From positions 62,001 to 114,510 of the forward strand of contig NW_024704895.1 of the NCBI RefSeq assembly GCF_018977255.1: a stretch of DNA of 52,510 nt. Direction: 5' to 3'. Both the position numbers and the translations under genes were made by a program. Numbering within the stretch: position 1 is the stretch's first letter; the number at the start of each line of letters is the position of its first letter. Positions 10,815 to 26,300 of this stretch are shown piece after piece. Source of the DNA: Callorhinchus milii (lineage: Eukaryota). The notes beneath the pieces are model-generated. The model worked only from the letters and a program-made list of their open reading frames with translations, made no database searches and was not told the origin of the DNA.

Positions 10815-12520
10815 GACAAGAAGTTGCCCCAATAGAGATTCGAAATTGCAACCTAGATTGTGAGTTAAGGACTCTGGCTACAATACCACACACCTGATAC
10901 TAATGTACACGATGGGTTGTTTTGTTCCATAGTATACTAAACTCGCAGCATATTTGTGTCTTTATTGCATTAGCATCACTTTCTAAATACTGACACTTTC
11001 ATGAAAATCCAATTATTATGTTATTATGAAACACATTACGAATAACATAAAAGTAAAGTAAATGTATAAACGGATGTTGATTTAAAATTGCTTGAGCAAG
11101 TCAAATGGTTTTTATTGAATGCAATTTATATATTTTTATTTTGTATGCACAGAAAGTTTATTTCTCCAATGTTCTGAAAGGCCATGTTTAATTCAATAAT
11201 GCAGATATCCTGGAATAGAGTACTCACTGCATTATTAAAATTCTGTATGCTTATGCATCGGCATTTTTCTGCACATTCAATGCATATCTAATCGGGATTT
11301 TGTGGGATCCCAAAAGACGCATGATCCTGAGTTGTGTAGACTCTTGGTTCATGGTTGTTGGGTCGGAGTGAAACCAGTTTCAATTTGAGAGCAGGTATTG
11401 GGAGCATTGAAGCAAAGCAAGACAGTCAGCACATGGGCCCAACCAAAGATAAAATCAGTTTTGCTTGAATGGCTGATCACAGGAGGTTGTGTCTTCAAAT
11501 GAAGAGTGTCAAGGTAAGAAAAAAACTAGTTAACCCTTTGCACACAAATCCGATGTATTTGCTTACTTGGAGTTAAGACCAAGGAAACACATTCCCTTCC
11601 TTGAAGGCAGAGCCCTGCATGTTTAGACTGCATGTCAACTCTTAAAGTGTCAATGAGACAGAATGACCTCTTCGGTCTGTGGTTTTCTACAACTCTACAT
11701 GCTGCTTTTTGTTCGGGGTCGCACCTTATGCAAACGTATTCAGTATCTCGTGTGTGCACAAAAAATATGGCAGATCACATAGCTGCCCCGCACACAATGA
11801 CATGCAAATGGTCTCCTTTGTAAGTGGCTATGCATTACCATATAGCAGATGGAGGTGCATAAGCACACTGGAGAGGTGACAGCATTCTAAATCAAAGCAT
11901 ACACACACATACATGTGTAGGGTATCACTGTGTTATTATGTAATAGATACTTTCCTGTGAAATGTTACACATACCCAACCACCGACAAGAAAAGCCATAT
12001 CTCTTTTGCAGTAAGCCTCAGGTGTGGCTAGAAAAAGCCAAAGCCTTTCTCTCCTCGCTCCCTTTTCAATTACCTCACTCAAAATGGGCAGGAGGAGGTC
12101 GACATTGAAGTGATAGGGCATACTGTGTGATAACTGACACAACCTGAAACTCAAAAAATATTTACGATAGCATTTTTTTTTATTCAGAGCAATTAAAGTA
12201 TACACCTTGACAAAAATTAATTAAACTGGTTCAATTATTGACATACAGATAATATAGTCGGCAATATATTTAAATTGAGTTCATTAGCCATGATAATTAT
12301 ACAAATATCCATGACTTCAGTTCACCAACTCACACTGCCCAGTGTGGTTAAAAATGGTCAAACAACCCCCATGACTGAAACAAGGACTTCATCCAGTAGT
12401 GGCCTGATCAAGTGCTGCCAGTGTTTTTGAGATTAGGATTCACCTCCATCTATCCACTGCTCGACGAAGGCCTCCCCAATGCGCCGCCTTCTCTAATAGT
12501 CCTGCAATGGTAAAACTCAC

Positions 12521-12655
12521 CTGCGTCCTGCAAATGAGCTGATTGAATTGCTCCATCTCCATGGTGGGTTTCCTCTCAAGCACGTTCGCTCCTCTGGTTG
12601 CCACATAATATAGCCCTTTGTCAATCAACTGCCGGATGAAGGCCTCCTCCCTCTT
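12521..12655 (-). other. Candidate coding exon of an unidentified, possibly decayed gene
   Basis: 135-bp open phase-0 segment (KREEAFIRQLIDKGLYYVATRGANVLERKPTMEMEQFNQLICRTQ) between AG and a strong CAG|GTGAGT donor. I do not recognise the protein family. Confidence 0.3.
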
Positions 12656-14080
12656 CTGTTATTTGACCATACTTTATCACACTCATTAGTCCGGGTTGAT
12701 GCAGGGAGAGGGCCAGGCCCAGTACAGATGTCACTCACCACGGACATTTAAACTTTGGTCGCAGGTTCAAATAATACAGTGTGCTAACCACTGCACAACC
12801 ACTCCACTTCACACATAATATAATAACCATACAGTCCAGCATTATATAATAATAGCACAACAGCTGTCACCAAATGTAATACACTAAGTAAATACTTAAA
12901 TAATGTGCTCCATTGCTCGGCCTGACTTTAGCAAACACAGCTTGACCAGGCATCATCGTTTCATTTGTGTGATTGGCTACAGAGTGAGCGGTTGGGAGAG
13001 GTCAGAGGTCACCTGAATGCGAGTGGGAACACTCCCCATGTCAGGTGTCTTCACTAACTCCCACTCATCGACGTGGTCAAGTCTGGTCACATCTTTCTGT
13101 CAAGGGTAGCCCAGCCTGATCACCGTCTCTATTACTTGCAACTCTGCATTTTCATGCGCAATGGCAGCAGGGTTGGTATAGTTGGAAGGAATGTGGAAGA
13201 ATCCAGGAACACCCAATTGATTTGTTGAAATATACATATTCTCTACATGCGTGGATAACTGTAGCTGTGGTACATGCATGCATGAGCATCTGTGTGTATA
13301 CGTACACAGTTGGCACTGCGATGCATCTGCCAGACATCTCAGTGGGTTAATCCAAAACCTGGGTTTTGTGATCTGCCAGCAGCCTCTGACACTTCACATG
13401 GCCTCAAAGTGCAACTAGCCTGGCACAAGTGCTGTGGGATGTCACCACCACTTTAGGGAATATGGCAGCTGTTGTAGTATACGTGCATAAGTGAGCTTCC
13501 AATAAATTGATAGCCCCGGTGGTCTGAGTGGTAGTGGCACCTTTGGTGCCTCTGGTGATCTTATTGGTAATCCCACTTATACTTGGTGGTCCCATACACA
13601 ATCATAACACTCCCAGCAGTCAAAGTTGTAGCCCCAGTGGGTGCAGCGGCAGTTTTGGTGGTCTAGGTGTTCCTGGTGGTCCCAGCGGTTCCAGTAGGCC
13701 ACGCGGTAATAACATTGTTCCAAGGTGTCCAAATTGTGGTCCCATGAGGACGATAATGGCAATTTTGGGCAGCTGTCAACAAGTCAATAGCAACTATCAT
13801 GTATCAACCAGTTTCGCTACAACAAAGGCATCAGTCGTACATTTAGATGGTGATTCCACTTGGTGGACAAGGCCCCATGAGCCCCTCCTTCTTACCTGAA
13901 CACCGCACCTAATCCACACAGCTTGCCGCACCACTCTTCCACGGTTTTTGTTCCCCGTCACAAATAATATTTGATTCTAAGAATGGAATTGCAATTCTAG
14001 GCTGAATCGTGAGAATATCACTAATTAACACGGTTGTTTATGTACGGTGCAAAATAAGTTCAACATACATTATGTGTCTT

Positions 14081-14108
14081 CTTGGTTCTTTCGGTAAAAG
14101 TCACGTAG
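14081..14108 (-). repeat. Short Penelope pseudo-LTR end fragment
   Basis: CTTGGTTCTTTCGGTAAAAGTCACGTAG is nearly identical to ~4022-4048. Confidence 0.7.
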
Positions 14109-14339
14109 AAGGGAAGTAATAAAATAATAAAAATAAAACATAATAAAATAAAATAATATAATACATTATGTTAATATTAGACAGTTAACGGCTAAAAGTG
14201 ATTGTAAGATTGTAAGTAATCGATTTATTGAAAAATACGTGAAATTGGAAATGTTAAAAATGTGCGAATTTAGACTTCTGAACCACCCTCATTATGCTAA
14301 TATCCACTCGTGCACATTTCCATAATTAGTATTTGATTG

Positions 14340-14369
14340 NNNNNNNNNNNNNNNNNNNNNNNNNNNNNN
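14340..14369. other. Assembly gap (30 N)
   Basis: Run of 30 N characters. Confidence 1.
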
Positions 14370-17300
14370 GCACAGCCACGGGCGTCAGTACTTGGCCTCA
14401 ACAACTTTGTCCGCCGGAGTGTTTGGTATGGACGCACTCGTCAGCGACTCGCTCAGAATAGTCTTTACAGCTACCAGAAACGTCTATGAGCTCCTATAGT
14501 CTACGATTGCCGAAAGGACGATTAAGATGTCCTTTAGGTAGGGCGTCTTGTCACATATTCTGAGGCCAGTGGGCATTAAAAGTTATCGTTATAACCATAT
14601 TCTCCGTGCGTGGGAGATACAGCTTTAAGTTGCGCCGCTTAACGAGGAGTATGTGTCATCAGGGGATGAACAGCTAAAGAATGGGCTCTGTATCTGCGGA
14701 GCACGTGTTTGCACAATTTTTAAGAAGAACGGGCGGGGATGAGGGGTTGATTGTGGCTGATTGGTTGCGTGCAGCGGGTCCGATTGGGTAGCTTTTGACT
14801 AGGGGATACCGCAATGAAGGTGATTTGATACGCGCTCTTTCAATACGGCGTACAACAGGGCTATCGTATTGCTTCAGACGTATATGAATCGACGTCCTGA
14901 TGACACTCTTCCCAAAGGAAGCCCAGTACTTCATATCAGCTACAGACGAGTTATGTGAGATCGGTAGTACGGGAGATGTCCGGGTACTATGTACGGCGCA
15001 TCGGGGCATTATCTACTACTGGTATAAAGCTGACGATTCGGCAGGCGTGTAATAGCTAAACGGGAGCTTTTTTCACTGCAGATATCCGTGAACGATCTCC
15101 CACCCCTAATCTGCGAGTGTGCGAGGATTAGTTAGCCAATCATGAACAGCATACCTATTAAGTATACGATACAAATTAATGCCCTCGCGCATTACAGTTA
15201 GCCGGAATTTGTGCCAGCTTCGATTAGGCCACGCTGGACGTCGGCCCTCGACGGACGTACTCCTGCCATCCTTCAATGGTGTAGGTGACTGCGCCTATAG
15301 CCACCTGGAATTATTAAAATATTTTTGTCTCGCCTCGTACGGAGGCAGCGGACACCTGAACAAGCTGACTACCAAGGGGCCAGGAGGTCTCCTAGTTGGG
15401 ACCTATGACGAACCACCGAGAGTTATGGCTAAGCTGCTCCAAACGCCAGTGTAATATGGATCCCTCTGAGACATTAATACCCGTCCTTTAGCAAGTTTGA
15501 TTATAACATTGATATCGGTTCTTGTGGTCTCCGGGTCTCATATTTGACGCTTCAACGTGTAGATTTAAACCACGACGTAGTAAAGTACCAGGTCTACCGA
15601 ATAATTACCCTCTCTACCAACATGGCGGGTTGTAACCGATGTGCCATCAGTGTGCGCGTGCAGTGAGCTGAGTAGGCACACCAAATGCGCCCACTGGTTT
15701 GGCCTAGTCCTGACCAAGTTCACTGAGTTGAAAGTGAAACGAGGTAATCCAGGGACTGGTAGCTCAACCTAATGTAACACAGGTGCATTAGAAACCAAAA
15801 CGCTACCTGGGCCACGGGGGGGCACAATGATAAACTACCGCTGTATAAGATATTTTAGGAGGAGTGGCAAATGAGTACTCGTTGATTGTCCACAAGCAAA
15901 AGTTGAGGCACCCACGCTCAGTAGATATAAACGTGAATTTGGCGCGACAGAGTTACTGACAGGAGATCTCAGCTTCATGTGGGCTTTCTGTGAAAAACGA
16001 ATCACCGACGGGACGCTCAAGCGTAATGTCGTCCTAGTGACGACGCGACGTACGGTCTACGCGGGGTTATGGCGTACCTCCATTAGGTGTTTAGGGATGA
16101 GCTTACGCTTTAGGGTATAGGTTTGACATATTTCTGCGAACTCGACAGTCCTATGTGTTACTTATGCCTTGTCGCCGCATTTACCGCGAGTACTTGGCAG
16201 TATGGCTTGTAGGGTTGTAGTCCGGTCTAATAAAACCGGATGTTTTAGGGTCGGACGCCGATGAATGGTCGCGAGAACTAGGACATACTAACAAGGTTGA
16301 AATTAGTGATAGGCGGGTACATTGGATGGTAACAAACTTTGGAACGCCGGGCTAGGCATGCCGGGAATCTCGGGGCAGCCACCAAGAACATGGGTACGCG
16401 CTGAGATATTGATGCGCCCCGCCGTTTCTAGCGTGCATCGGGTGGCGAAGTACCCCGCTTGTCACTGAAGACTAATCCCTCGCTAGAGGCATTCCTATTC
16501 TTCGGAGCTGTCTCGCTTTGAAGTTTTTGGCGAATGTTGAGCTAGTGCGCGAGCATTCACAAATCACCTCCAGATTGAAGATCAAGCCTGGCCCGTCCCA
16601 TTTTCCTTACAAGCATCTGCAAGTCTTTTAGTAATCTCGAGCGAAGCACATGCGTTAGACTACAGGCCGAATACTTACCTCGGTAGGGGAGATGAAGTAT
16701 GTGACTAGAATCGCGATGACTCCGAACAAAGGACCCGTCCAGCACAAAGCATTTCGCGCGTCGACATCACCGCTGTTAAATCGGACAATGTCGGGTTGGT
16801 GTAGTCCTTCTATGGTACAGTACTACCTGATTCATATCGTCCTTAGCGTCCTACAGCTCAGCGTGTAAACTCAGGTACGACCCCTAGTCTACGTATAATT
16901 GCAAGTCGCGACATTGGCGGCGGTGTAAAGGGCAGAGCTCGACGACAGCTGCGAGTCACGAACAGACTATCATTGGGAGAAAGGGTTTTTGTTGCATAAG
17001 TACACAATTGTAAGCGTTCAGGTATGGATATTGTTTACGCATAGTTTTCCCAACCCCGAAGTATGTTACCGTCTGCCTGACTATCCGCCAGTTACGAATC
17101 ATGTTCCGTATCGCGCGAATTAAGTCTGCATATGTTAACCTTTATGAAGTTAGTACGGCCTCTGGGTAACTGTGGGGGTTTACAATAATCAATTACACAC
17201 CGTCCGTTACAACCACCTTACCTATTACCAGAGGCCGTAGGCAAAGCTTCGCATGACATGGAAAATTTCGGTACCACACCCGCTTTGGGCCAGTGGAGCA

Positions 17301-20300
17301 ATCCAAGGAATCTAAATATGACAAGATCATCATTTGCGTAGTCAAAGTCGTTTTGATTAATACATCTTCTCTCTGCGTCCTTTGTTCAATGCTACCAAGA
17401 GACGTAGTACGGCGCTTGTCAAATTATTATTAGGGGTAAACCAAACTGGGTACCCTTGGCAACTCACACAAAGGGTGGTCACCTACTATGTCAGGTGGCC
17501 TCTACGCATTTCCCTACTTCCTCATCTTAGATGAGGATCCTAATTCGCCAGTGGAATTCCGCATGTCCGGAGGACTAAGTGACTTTATCCAACCATTAAT
17601 TTTATGCCTGGACTTAGCTTAATACTATGATAGGTTGAGTACTCTCGCAAATTCCTAGTCCAGTTTGATGGGGCGACTTCAATGCTCGGCCATAGAAGCA
17701 GGAATAAGTCCTTAGTTACGTTACTCGATCAACAATAGTCATATAGCCGTCTTAGGGTAAGGCGTGTCAGGTATCTCAATGTTACGGAGTTATCTGTCTG
17801 TGGAGAGCTCAGTGGAACTGTACTTCAGCGCCCGGTGCCGGAAGACTTAACACTAGGTGCCAATAAGGTTAGTAGGCAAAAGAGTATACCTTTGTTATGT
17901 CTGCAGCTCTGAAGAGACAGCCATTACTGAGCGATACGGCCAGCTGGCCTCTTGTAGGTCCCGTTATGCCTCCTGCACAGCAATGCCGACATGTGTGCCA
18001 TACTGTCTTTTCTTCAGCGCGTACGAACGGTCGTTACCGTATACCTTCGATGAGCCAGGGGATCCTAAGCTTTTCACTTATCCAAGCCCTAATGTCGCGT
18101 TGAGTGCAGATCACTGGGCTTGGCATCATTGATCCAATTCTACCGGAACAGAGAACAAACGATTGCTCCGGAGAGAACTCAGAGATTTTGGCTAATTTAA
18201 ATGCTCTGGTAGACATAATTATTATAATAGAAGTCCAGGCTCTAACATAAAAGTGAGCATAGTGGTTTGCAGGATGCTGAACCTCTGTGAAGGGGCGCCA
18301 GTAGCTTTCGCTGCAAATGTTCTGGCCCAAGCGCTTGTGGGCGGCAGTGTGTAACGAGTTCTGTAAGTTGACGGATACTCATTGCAGAAAAGACGCGGCC
18401 TTACCAATTTACGCACGCAAACCCTAGACTAGATGGTACAGATTATCGATCCATTTTCTTAAACAGCGGCGTGCAATTTCCGATATTGTAGACAGGTAAT
18501 GCAACAGCGACACTCTTTCAAGGACCGTATCATTGCCCGGTCGGCATCAGACACGAAGAACAAGATAGCAGCAGCAGACGCGCGGTAACATAGAACGGGC
18601 GGTGGGATTAGATCCGTCCCGCCAGGCCAAATCTTCGTTAATAGGATTTCCCAAAAGACCGATTCAGTTGGCTTTCATCTTTATCCTGATGCGGAAGTTA
18701 AACCTAACGTAGTGATGTGGTAACGATCTGTCAGTCTACAAGGGAGATGATGCCCCATCGCTCAAAGTAGGGTATGCAGAGGAAAACCGATACCACTAAC
18801 ACGAGCTTAGCATCTCCAGAAAATTTTGGCCCGATACGTGGGTATCGGCACGAGTACTGGCGAACCTTTCTCCCAGATTGCCGGTGCAGACATCACTCTG
18901 TTCCTGGCGGCATAGTAACGACACGACCGTTTCGAACGTCCAGAGGGTTTCCCCTTTCGTGGGACAGGCCAAAAATCGGGGGGGGTAGATCGTTACTGCA
19001 ATTTGTAATCCCCATCGCAGTTTGTAGAAGTTCGTTTTCGGTAACACGACCTCATAGATGGCAAACAACCAATTGCAAAAAAGATCAAAATCGCTACATT
19101 ATAGTCCATACCTCTCCTGCGGATGGAATAAATGCGTTCTGAGCCCTCCATAAAGGGCGTCTGATTCGTGAGCAAGGGAGTGGCGCATACGGGTGTTCTT
19201 ACTGGATTTACCGGCATTAAACAAAATTGAATCCGGTTTGGATCATACTAAACCAATTGTGCTTTGGACAACATATCAGTTTACGTGCGGCCAGGCGTGT
19301 TATAACTGGCCCTAAGCTGGGGGCTTACTAGTTGTGTTAACTCAATGCAAATGCGCAATGGACGCAGTCTTGGTTGACCGCATGTGCCGAACTCACGATA
19401 TGCGTCCAGAGGGCAATCGTTTACTTCCATTGGATAATGATGCTCAGCAGTCGAAGAATAGGTATAGGAAGTTTCTTAGGTCGGTGGAGCATATCAGGAT
19501 GTAGAGAGGCAGAGTGGAACTGTCGCGAAAAAGAAGGGGCCCGATTCAGAGTGCAGCCAGACGTTATCCGATCAACCTGTTTGGGTATTCTATAACTGGC
19601 GAATACGCGTTGCTGCTCTAAGAGCTAGGAGCGGACGTTGAGGTCTGCCGGAAGCAGGTCAAGCTCCACCTCGAAGCCCACTAAAGACCGAGTTCGCACA
19701 TAGGAGTTGACGGGATACACCACTTTGCATCCCCGACCAGGGAAGCGTCTGATTGTCTCGGTGCACGTTCAGTCGGTTTCACAATTTGTTGAGCTAGTCT
19801 GATATCATGAGACGTAGCATTTAGCGAGAATACTAGTCAGATATAGAACCGGGAAAATACGCTAGATCATCAGGCAAAACTGATGATCATCCCCCGGCAG
19901 ACAATAAGTCCTTCTGAACCCCCTTCGCCGACGCGCACAACCCCAGTCCCAACCTTCCAGGAATGTGTCAAGTTATAACTGTAAACACTTTGGTAACCCA
20001 TTTCCAATGTTTGTTCTCACATCGAAGCGTACCGCATATCTAAATATGCAATGTCTCAACTTGCGAACCGATACCGTTAAGGGGCGAACGTGATTAATAT
20101 TGCCGCGCACGGGCGCACTCAACGAACCGAACGGTAAGAGGCACCGACGTGCATGCCCATAGAAAATAGGTACTCGGGGGAAGGGCAAACCCAACTGAAC
20201 TGCATATCCGTTAGTAAACGACAGTGAACTAAAGTATCAGATGATTCTAAAGGACCAGGCCGAGAACCATACGATCCTTCACTGCTGGTTAATACCGGCC

Positions 20301-23300
20301 TCCAGAGGTCGGATGCGTTCATCTCGGGCTGGTGGTTAACTTGGCTGTCGCACCGAGCTACCTCCTCGCAATATCTCTAAGCATATCGATTCGATCCGTG
20401 GAAGAGATGTAGGTAAGGGAGCTTGGGGCCCAAGACTTGTTAGAGTTCGAACATTAAAAGTCCATGGCAGGCCAGAGATACGGTTCTTTAGTGTATAACT
20501 CGTCTTTCTTGCAAGTTAAGTTGTTCCTATACGGAACTCTGGGTAGCATGAAAAAGTGCCGTCTATATGTACGATTGTATAATTATGGATACAGTCCGTT
20601 ACAGTGGAGACCTCCATTAGCCAGTGGATATAATAGGTAGCTTATTATGCCGCAACTTGGCCCATAAATTGCTTTTCAACTGCATGATCAATATGATTAG
20701 GTCTAGCATCCCGGAATAGAGCTGCTAGCTGGCTGACCAATCCACTTATGTTTAATATGGTTATCCCCAAATTCCAGGGCCGGCAAAAACGGTTAGCTTA
20801 GTTTCTGGAAAGTTTTATATATTGGCGGTGGTACGTCCGGAAATGCAGCCATTCGCTGCTCCTATTGAATTCAGTGGAATGGAGATAAGGAGGCGATTCT
20901 ATAGACCGTCGCGTTGTCCTTAATGAACGCGTGGACTGAAACAATCTCTATAGAATCAACATCGCATCTCCAAGCCTCGCGCTGTCGTTAGGACTAATGA
21001 TAGTTACGGCTGACGAATGACTGGGCGGGTGCGTGCTGAGCTGTTCTCCGAGAGTAATTGTGCCACATGTGCCGTCCGTCAGCGCTGCGTAGGCCAACAG
21101 GGCTCACAGGAGGATACAGTGGCAGAGCAGGACTAGCCAGGCCACGATCGCAGCCATATTGTGCCACTATCCGATGCAAAGATCACTACATCGTTGCTCT
21201 TGGTCCCAGCCATTTGTGTGCCTCCCCACCTCCAGCTCGACCTATCCACTATATCGCCTAACTTCTCCGAATGATGTGAACACAGCACCTGTATCATCCG
21301 CATTCACGGTTCAGGTTATCCCTCCTGGTTCCCACACATTTGGACCGGGGTTCACTTAAACCGCCTCGAACTACGGCCTCTCACCGAACGAAGACAGCCC
21401 TCGAGAACATGCTTTACTCCTATCGCTCTTAGGCTTTAGTTTTTTCAAAACTCCGGCGACGTCAAGAGACTTGATTTTTGGCGGCTCCGGATGTATTCGG
21501 AGGGGCCCAAGTAGGCCTGTATTATGGGCCATTGTGACCTTCTGGAATGTAGCTGTCCTCTAAGAAAAAGTCCATTTACCGGAATGTTCTGCTCTCTGAA
21601 GAGAGTAGTACGGCGTTTAAAAATATGAATGATATTAGAAAACCTCTACAAGGATACTGGTAAGTTATATCCGTGTGCCGAGCAATCAGCTTCTTCAAGA
21701 CTCCGCCTACTTCCCCAGACTGGCTTTTGATGCTGTTACTAAGTATCCTCCTGAAGTTACGGGTCCACACGAGCGTCTTGACCTGTCCCTAGACAGACTC
21801 CCAACGTTATCACCAGCAATGGACGCCCCTTGAACCATTAAAGCGCGTAAGACGAGATGAACTTGGTTCTAAAACTCAATGGATTGATGACAGATGAAGA
21901 GAAGACGCGATCAAGAAGTCGGTATCGGCCTCCCGCGGACGTACTTCGTCATAAAGATAGTCGCGGGAAAAAGATATAGGCTCTCACACAAACAGATCCG
22001 CGCTTGCGCAAGACGATGAGGGATCACTGGGTAAACCTTTTTTCAATTTTAAGATAGTAGGTAATTCCCGAATCCGAAGCTTACCATACAAATTGAAAGC
22101 ATTGCGACAGCGCGAAATCCAGTGTTAATTACAATGGCGGTCGCCTTGACTCACACAGGAGGCACCGGGAGACAACGCTTAGGAGAGGGCCCAAAGCACG
22201 TAAACTAGCATGAAGCGTACCGGCATGTTACACTTTTTAAAAATTGTCCCCCTAAGCTAGGTATCCAGTTAGGCTGTATATACGAGTCTGGCACATGCGC
22301 TATGTAGGTAGTGGGGTGCACTTGCCCACCACCAGGCGGGGGAGAAGCGTTAAACTTAGTCGCTGGTGCCGTATCAGACGAGTACTCCTAACTTCTCGTC
22401 TTGCGGCATGTTAGAGTAGCGCAATAGGAATGATCTTGTTGTTTTGAGTACCCGCCCCATCTAGTATTTCAACCATAAGACTGAAACCCCTACTGGCCTA
22501 TTCTGTTAGCGTATTGACAACCGAATTTTACCCCTTGATGGAACTCAGAGTTCGGTAGCGTTTGTCCACAGTTACTGACATATAAAGGGGTACCCTATCG
22601 CAACAGAGTGCTGTTATATTTAGGTCGTTGTGCTCCTAAACGGTATGGAACGGAATTCGTCTTGTGCTCCAAATTCTGGGTGAGTTTTGCGCCTAGGGCG
22701 AGCAAAGTAGGTGAGCGGATCGTATGGGGGACGCTGTGGCACGTTTCTGCAGGCTTGCCCGGGATTCGACGCAAAGTCTCAATCATAAGCAATATTGATT
22801 GGTATAGTACCAGGACCGGTCTCTAGGAGCCGACGTGGCTCAGGCTTATATGATTTGCTCTTGTCTATGTGCCTTCGCGAAGACTAGCTATCTTAGTGAG
22901 CGTTTTTTGAGGTAGATAAGAACGCCAGTAATAAAAAGTTTCTCTCGTGATTCATTAGCACGCTTCCATGGGAACTTGTCATTTTCAGCATACGCCTTGA
23001 TAACCTAGACCCTCTTTGTGGTCATTTATAATAATCAAGTGACAAGTGGACTCTCGCTGTTGCGTCGAGTCTCGTACTGAACCCAGTGCTTAGAATCCGT
23101 ATAACCTTGCTATAAACGTGCTAAACCAGTGTACTGGCCGCTGGTAGCATCCAATGACAGTACATATAACGTAGTCTGGGAGATAGTGAATGAGGTCTAG
23201 TTAACGCTAGACACCCGGGACCGGTCTATCTGCGTCGCTGCTTGGCGGGTACATATTTAAAGGACTTTAGAGATGACCAAAAATGTATGGTATCAAACCT

Positions 23301-26300
23301 GCAAGCTGATCATGGTGCAGCGTGCAGTGGGTTCTAGATTAATAACTACCCCCAAGATACGCTTGTACTTGAGTCATCAGCCTCTCAACCTAGATGGCTA
23401 TATGAATTTATTTGCAGACTGTGCAAAATTTCACGGCTCTGACCCGGCAGAACGATTGATCTGGATAGCTTCGACTCTACCGCGTTTATTATATTATGTC
23501 GCCGGAGCGCACGTACATTAAGTTTAGAGAACTAATCCTCGTTTTGTTTGTCATTAACACAATAACTCGGCCAGCCCTACAAATAAAACCATCCATACGT
23601 GGCACCATCAACGGACCGCAAGTTTGCTTGGAGTGGGTGACAGTCTCGGAGACGACTCATTCTGAGGTTGACTGATATCAGCGGAAAAGGAACTATTGAA
23701 CGCGGGGCATGGGGCGATGAATGCAGTCATAGACCTGATTCAGCCTCGCAGTAACGCAGGTGCATATCGACTCAGTCTATAGATGAGTGTAACTTGTGAA
23801 TTGACCTTATTAATGAGGAATAGTACCTCACAATCGAGATGAGATGTATTCAGACAAGACCGCTTCCGACCCTAGCCTTGACCTTACCAATAGATGGATT
23901 ATTGGGGTACTTCACTCGAACAGCAGTCCACGTGGGACACAATTTCTGCAATTCGCAGATATGTCCAAGCTTGCGTTGGAGCTAGTATAAGAATGCTTCG
24001 CCAACCGCAGATCTGCACACGTTTGCTAACACCTATGGCTTTTGGCCTAAACGGCTTGGCGCGTTGGAAAGCAAAGCACGCTTGTCAATTACAACTCCTG
24101 CGAAATACCCACGGCTCACGCTGGCTTGGGCTCTTTGAAGTGATCGTGGATGCCAACCTAGCTCACAAGGAGATAATCAAAGCACTCTTAGAAACTTAAC
24201 GAACATTAGTTTGGTCGCCTCCGTTTCACGTATCCCACGGACAAGGTTTTATGCAAACCCAAGCTGCACATAACAATCGCGTCATCCCAGTGAGAGTTAT
24301 GCGTGAGAATCGATGAGGGTTGGCAACTGAGCTGTGGGTTATTTGTGGCGATCATTCGACATCACAACGGGGAAATTGCCGGGTACCCTCTCGTCGGCCC
24401 CAAAATATGTTAAAGACGGTGTCAACCCAGCGGAACTGAGCGCTAAGTCAGTTAACCTTAAGCGTCCGTGACGCTGACATGGTCAGCGCTCCGAGTGTCT
24501 GTCACGCAATCGATTTAGTGCATACGAGGCAGCCATTTCCACTTCGTACCATTATTACTTAACAGCGGACGGTGTTTTACACTAGGATCCATTGGATCTT
24601 CATGCAATAACCTTCGAACGAATTCGCAGATAGCATCAGCTTGTCTGCGCGAAGTCTACCTCTCGTGAGTCACGCTCCTCGAAGGTCTTCAAATTGAGTT
24701 GGGAACACCTGAGTTCTGTTAGGACACCGGCCAGTTCTGAGAAAGTAACGGCGATTAGATTATGCAAGGGGATTCTTCGATCCATGGCTACGTACACGCC
24801 TACCAGGTATCGGTTCATGCGGGTGTCTGAGCGGACTCGTTTAACCATCCCATCCAGTAAACCGTAGTTAGAGGTACCATCGAAACGTCGGCAGCGTGCT
24901 GCCTCACAATGAGAGCCATGTCTAGTCCAGAAGAACGCGCTTGACACGAAGCGCTCTGCCTATTCAAGTAAATCTAATTTCGTGCAGACATCGTCGGGCT
25001 TCCGAGAATCTCTACCCATACATCCTCGAGTGAGTAATCTTCGAGGTGATTCTCTTTGTAGTCTCTTAGGCCCCATTGGTCAATCCGAAACTTGCCAAAC
25101 TTTAACTGACACAGTTAGTGGTACTACAATTTAGACCCGCGCGAATGTTATCTCGGTAAGGAATGCAGCCGCAAGGTACTTGCCGCGCTACATCAGTGAG
25201 GCGCTGTTTGACCTGCGCGGCGTATCGGAGGGGGAAGCCTCTGTCATGGGAGGTAACACATAACAATGAACCGGGCTCGCAACATTAACCATTTGGAAAC
25301 CTATGGCTCCGCTTGGTACAATCTCGGTCTTGTCTGGCGTAACTGCGTGTATATAGCCTCTTCGCCACCGATTGCGAGAAGTGCCATGCTCTACCTTATG
25401 CCTTGGAGGACTACTTAGTTGGATACGACAGCGGCCACCTCTTTCTCCAGAATACCAAGCTCCCATCTTAAGCCCGAAATAACCAGTGCGCAGAAACCCT
25501 GTCTCGACCGCTGGCACTTGGGTCTCCCCTTTGAATAGGTATCTCCTAGCACGATACTCAGTAAACGTGTACGAACTTTAGGTACATTAGGCTCCGTAAA
25601 CCCTATAAATCCATTTACGCCATTCAGATCGATGTGCTTCCTGGTCTAATAACTTTAAGACCTCCGCACACTCAATCCTTCTGATTGACTTTTTCTGATT
25701 GGGGCAAGCCAGTGACCTTCATTAGTCTACCCGACCACAAGGCGCCGGCCCGCATACGTAAGAAGAACGGAGGTAGTCTTACCACTGACGCGAGACCCAA
25801 GCAAATTGGCGCGCCGGTAAGATAAAGGCTATGGCGTGAGGAGCGTTATAGACTGATACGTCGTAGACGGTTAGAGCTATGAACCCTCAATTGAAAACAC
25901 ATGTCTGGACATTTTACTGACGCAGGCACAGGACGATGAGTAACCTTACGGCGCACAGAATTAGACGTTTACCTCAATAGCAAGCATCTGGGGCTGTCGC
26001 GGGGCCTCGGTATTGATAGAAGCCTTGCCCGGTAATTAGGGGCAGCATTTCACAGAGAACCCACCGACCCGTTGCGAGTCCACACACAAGAACACAATCG
26101 TCAAGTATGGCCCGGTCCAACCCACTTCTGAGGACCTTATGGGGAGTGCTACGGAGTATCACGTTGGTGACAAGAAGTAAGCCTTGGGCTTTGCGGTAAC
26201 CTTGGTTTGTACACCGCCTCGCTACCGTAGGTGTATGTTAATATCACGTTGGTATTTAAAGAGCCGAGTAGAGCCGCTCTCAAGAATGAGGAGCGCGTGC

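Noticed and set aside
12730-12810. tRNA-derived SINE-like heads (also ~6035-6100 and ~10825-10890)
   Set aside because: Only vague A/B-box resemblance, too degraded to call without a repeat library.
17154-17239. 12-bp inverted repeat TACGGCCTCTGG / CCAGAGGCCGTA
   Set aside because: One such local match in ~32 kb is compatible with chance and has no supporting context.
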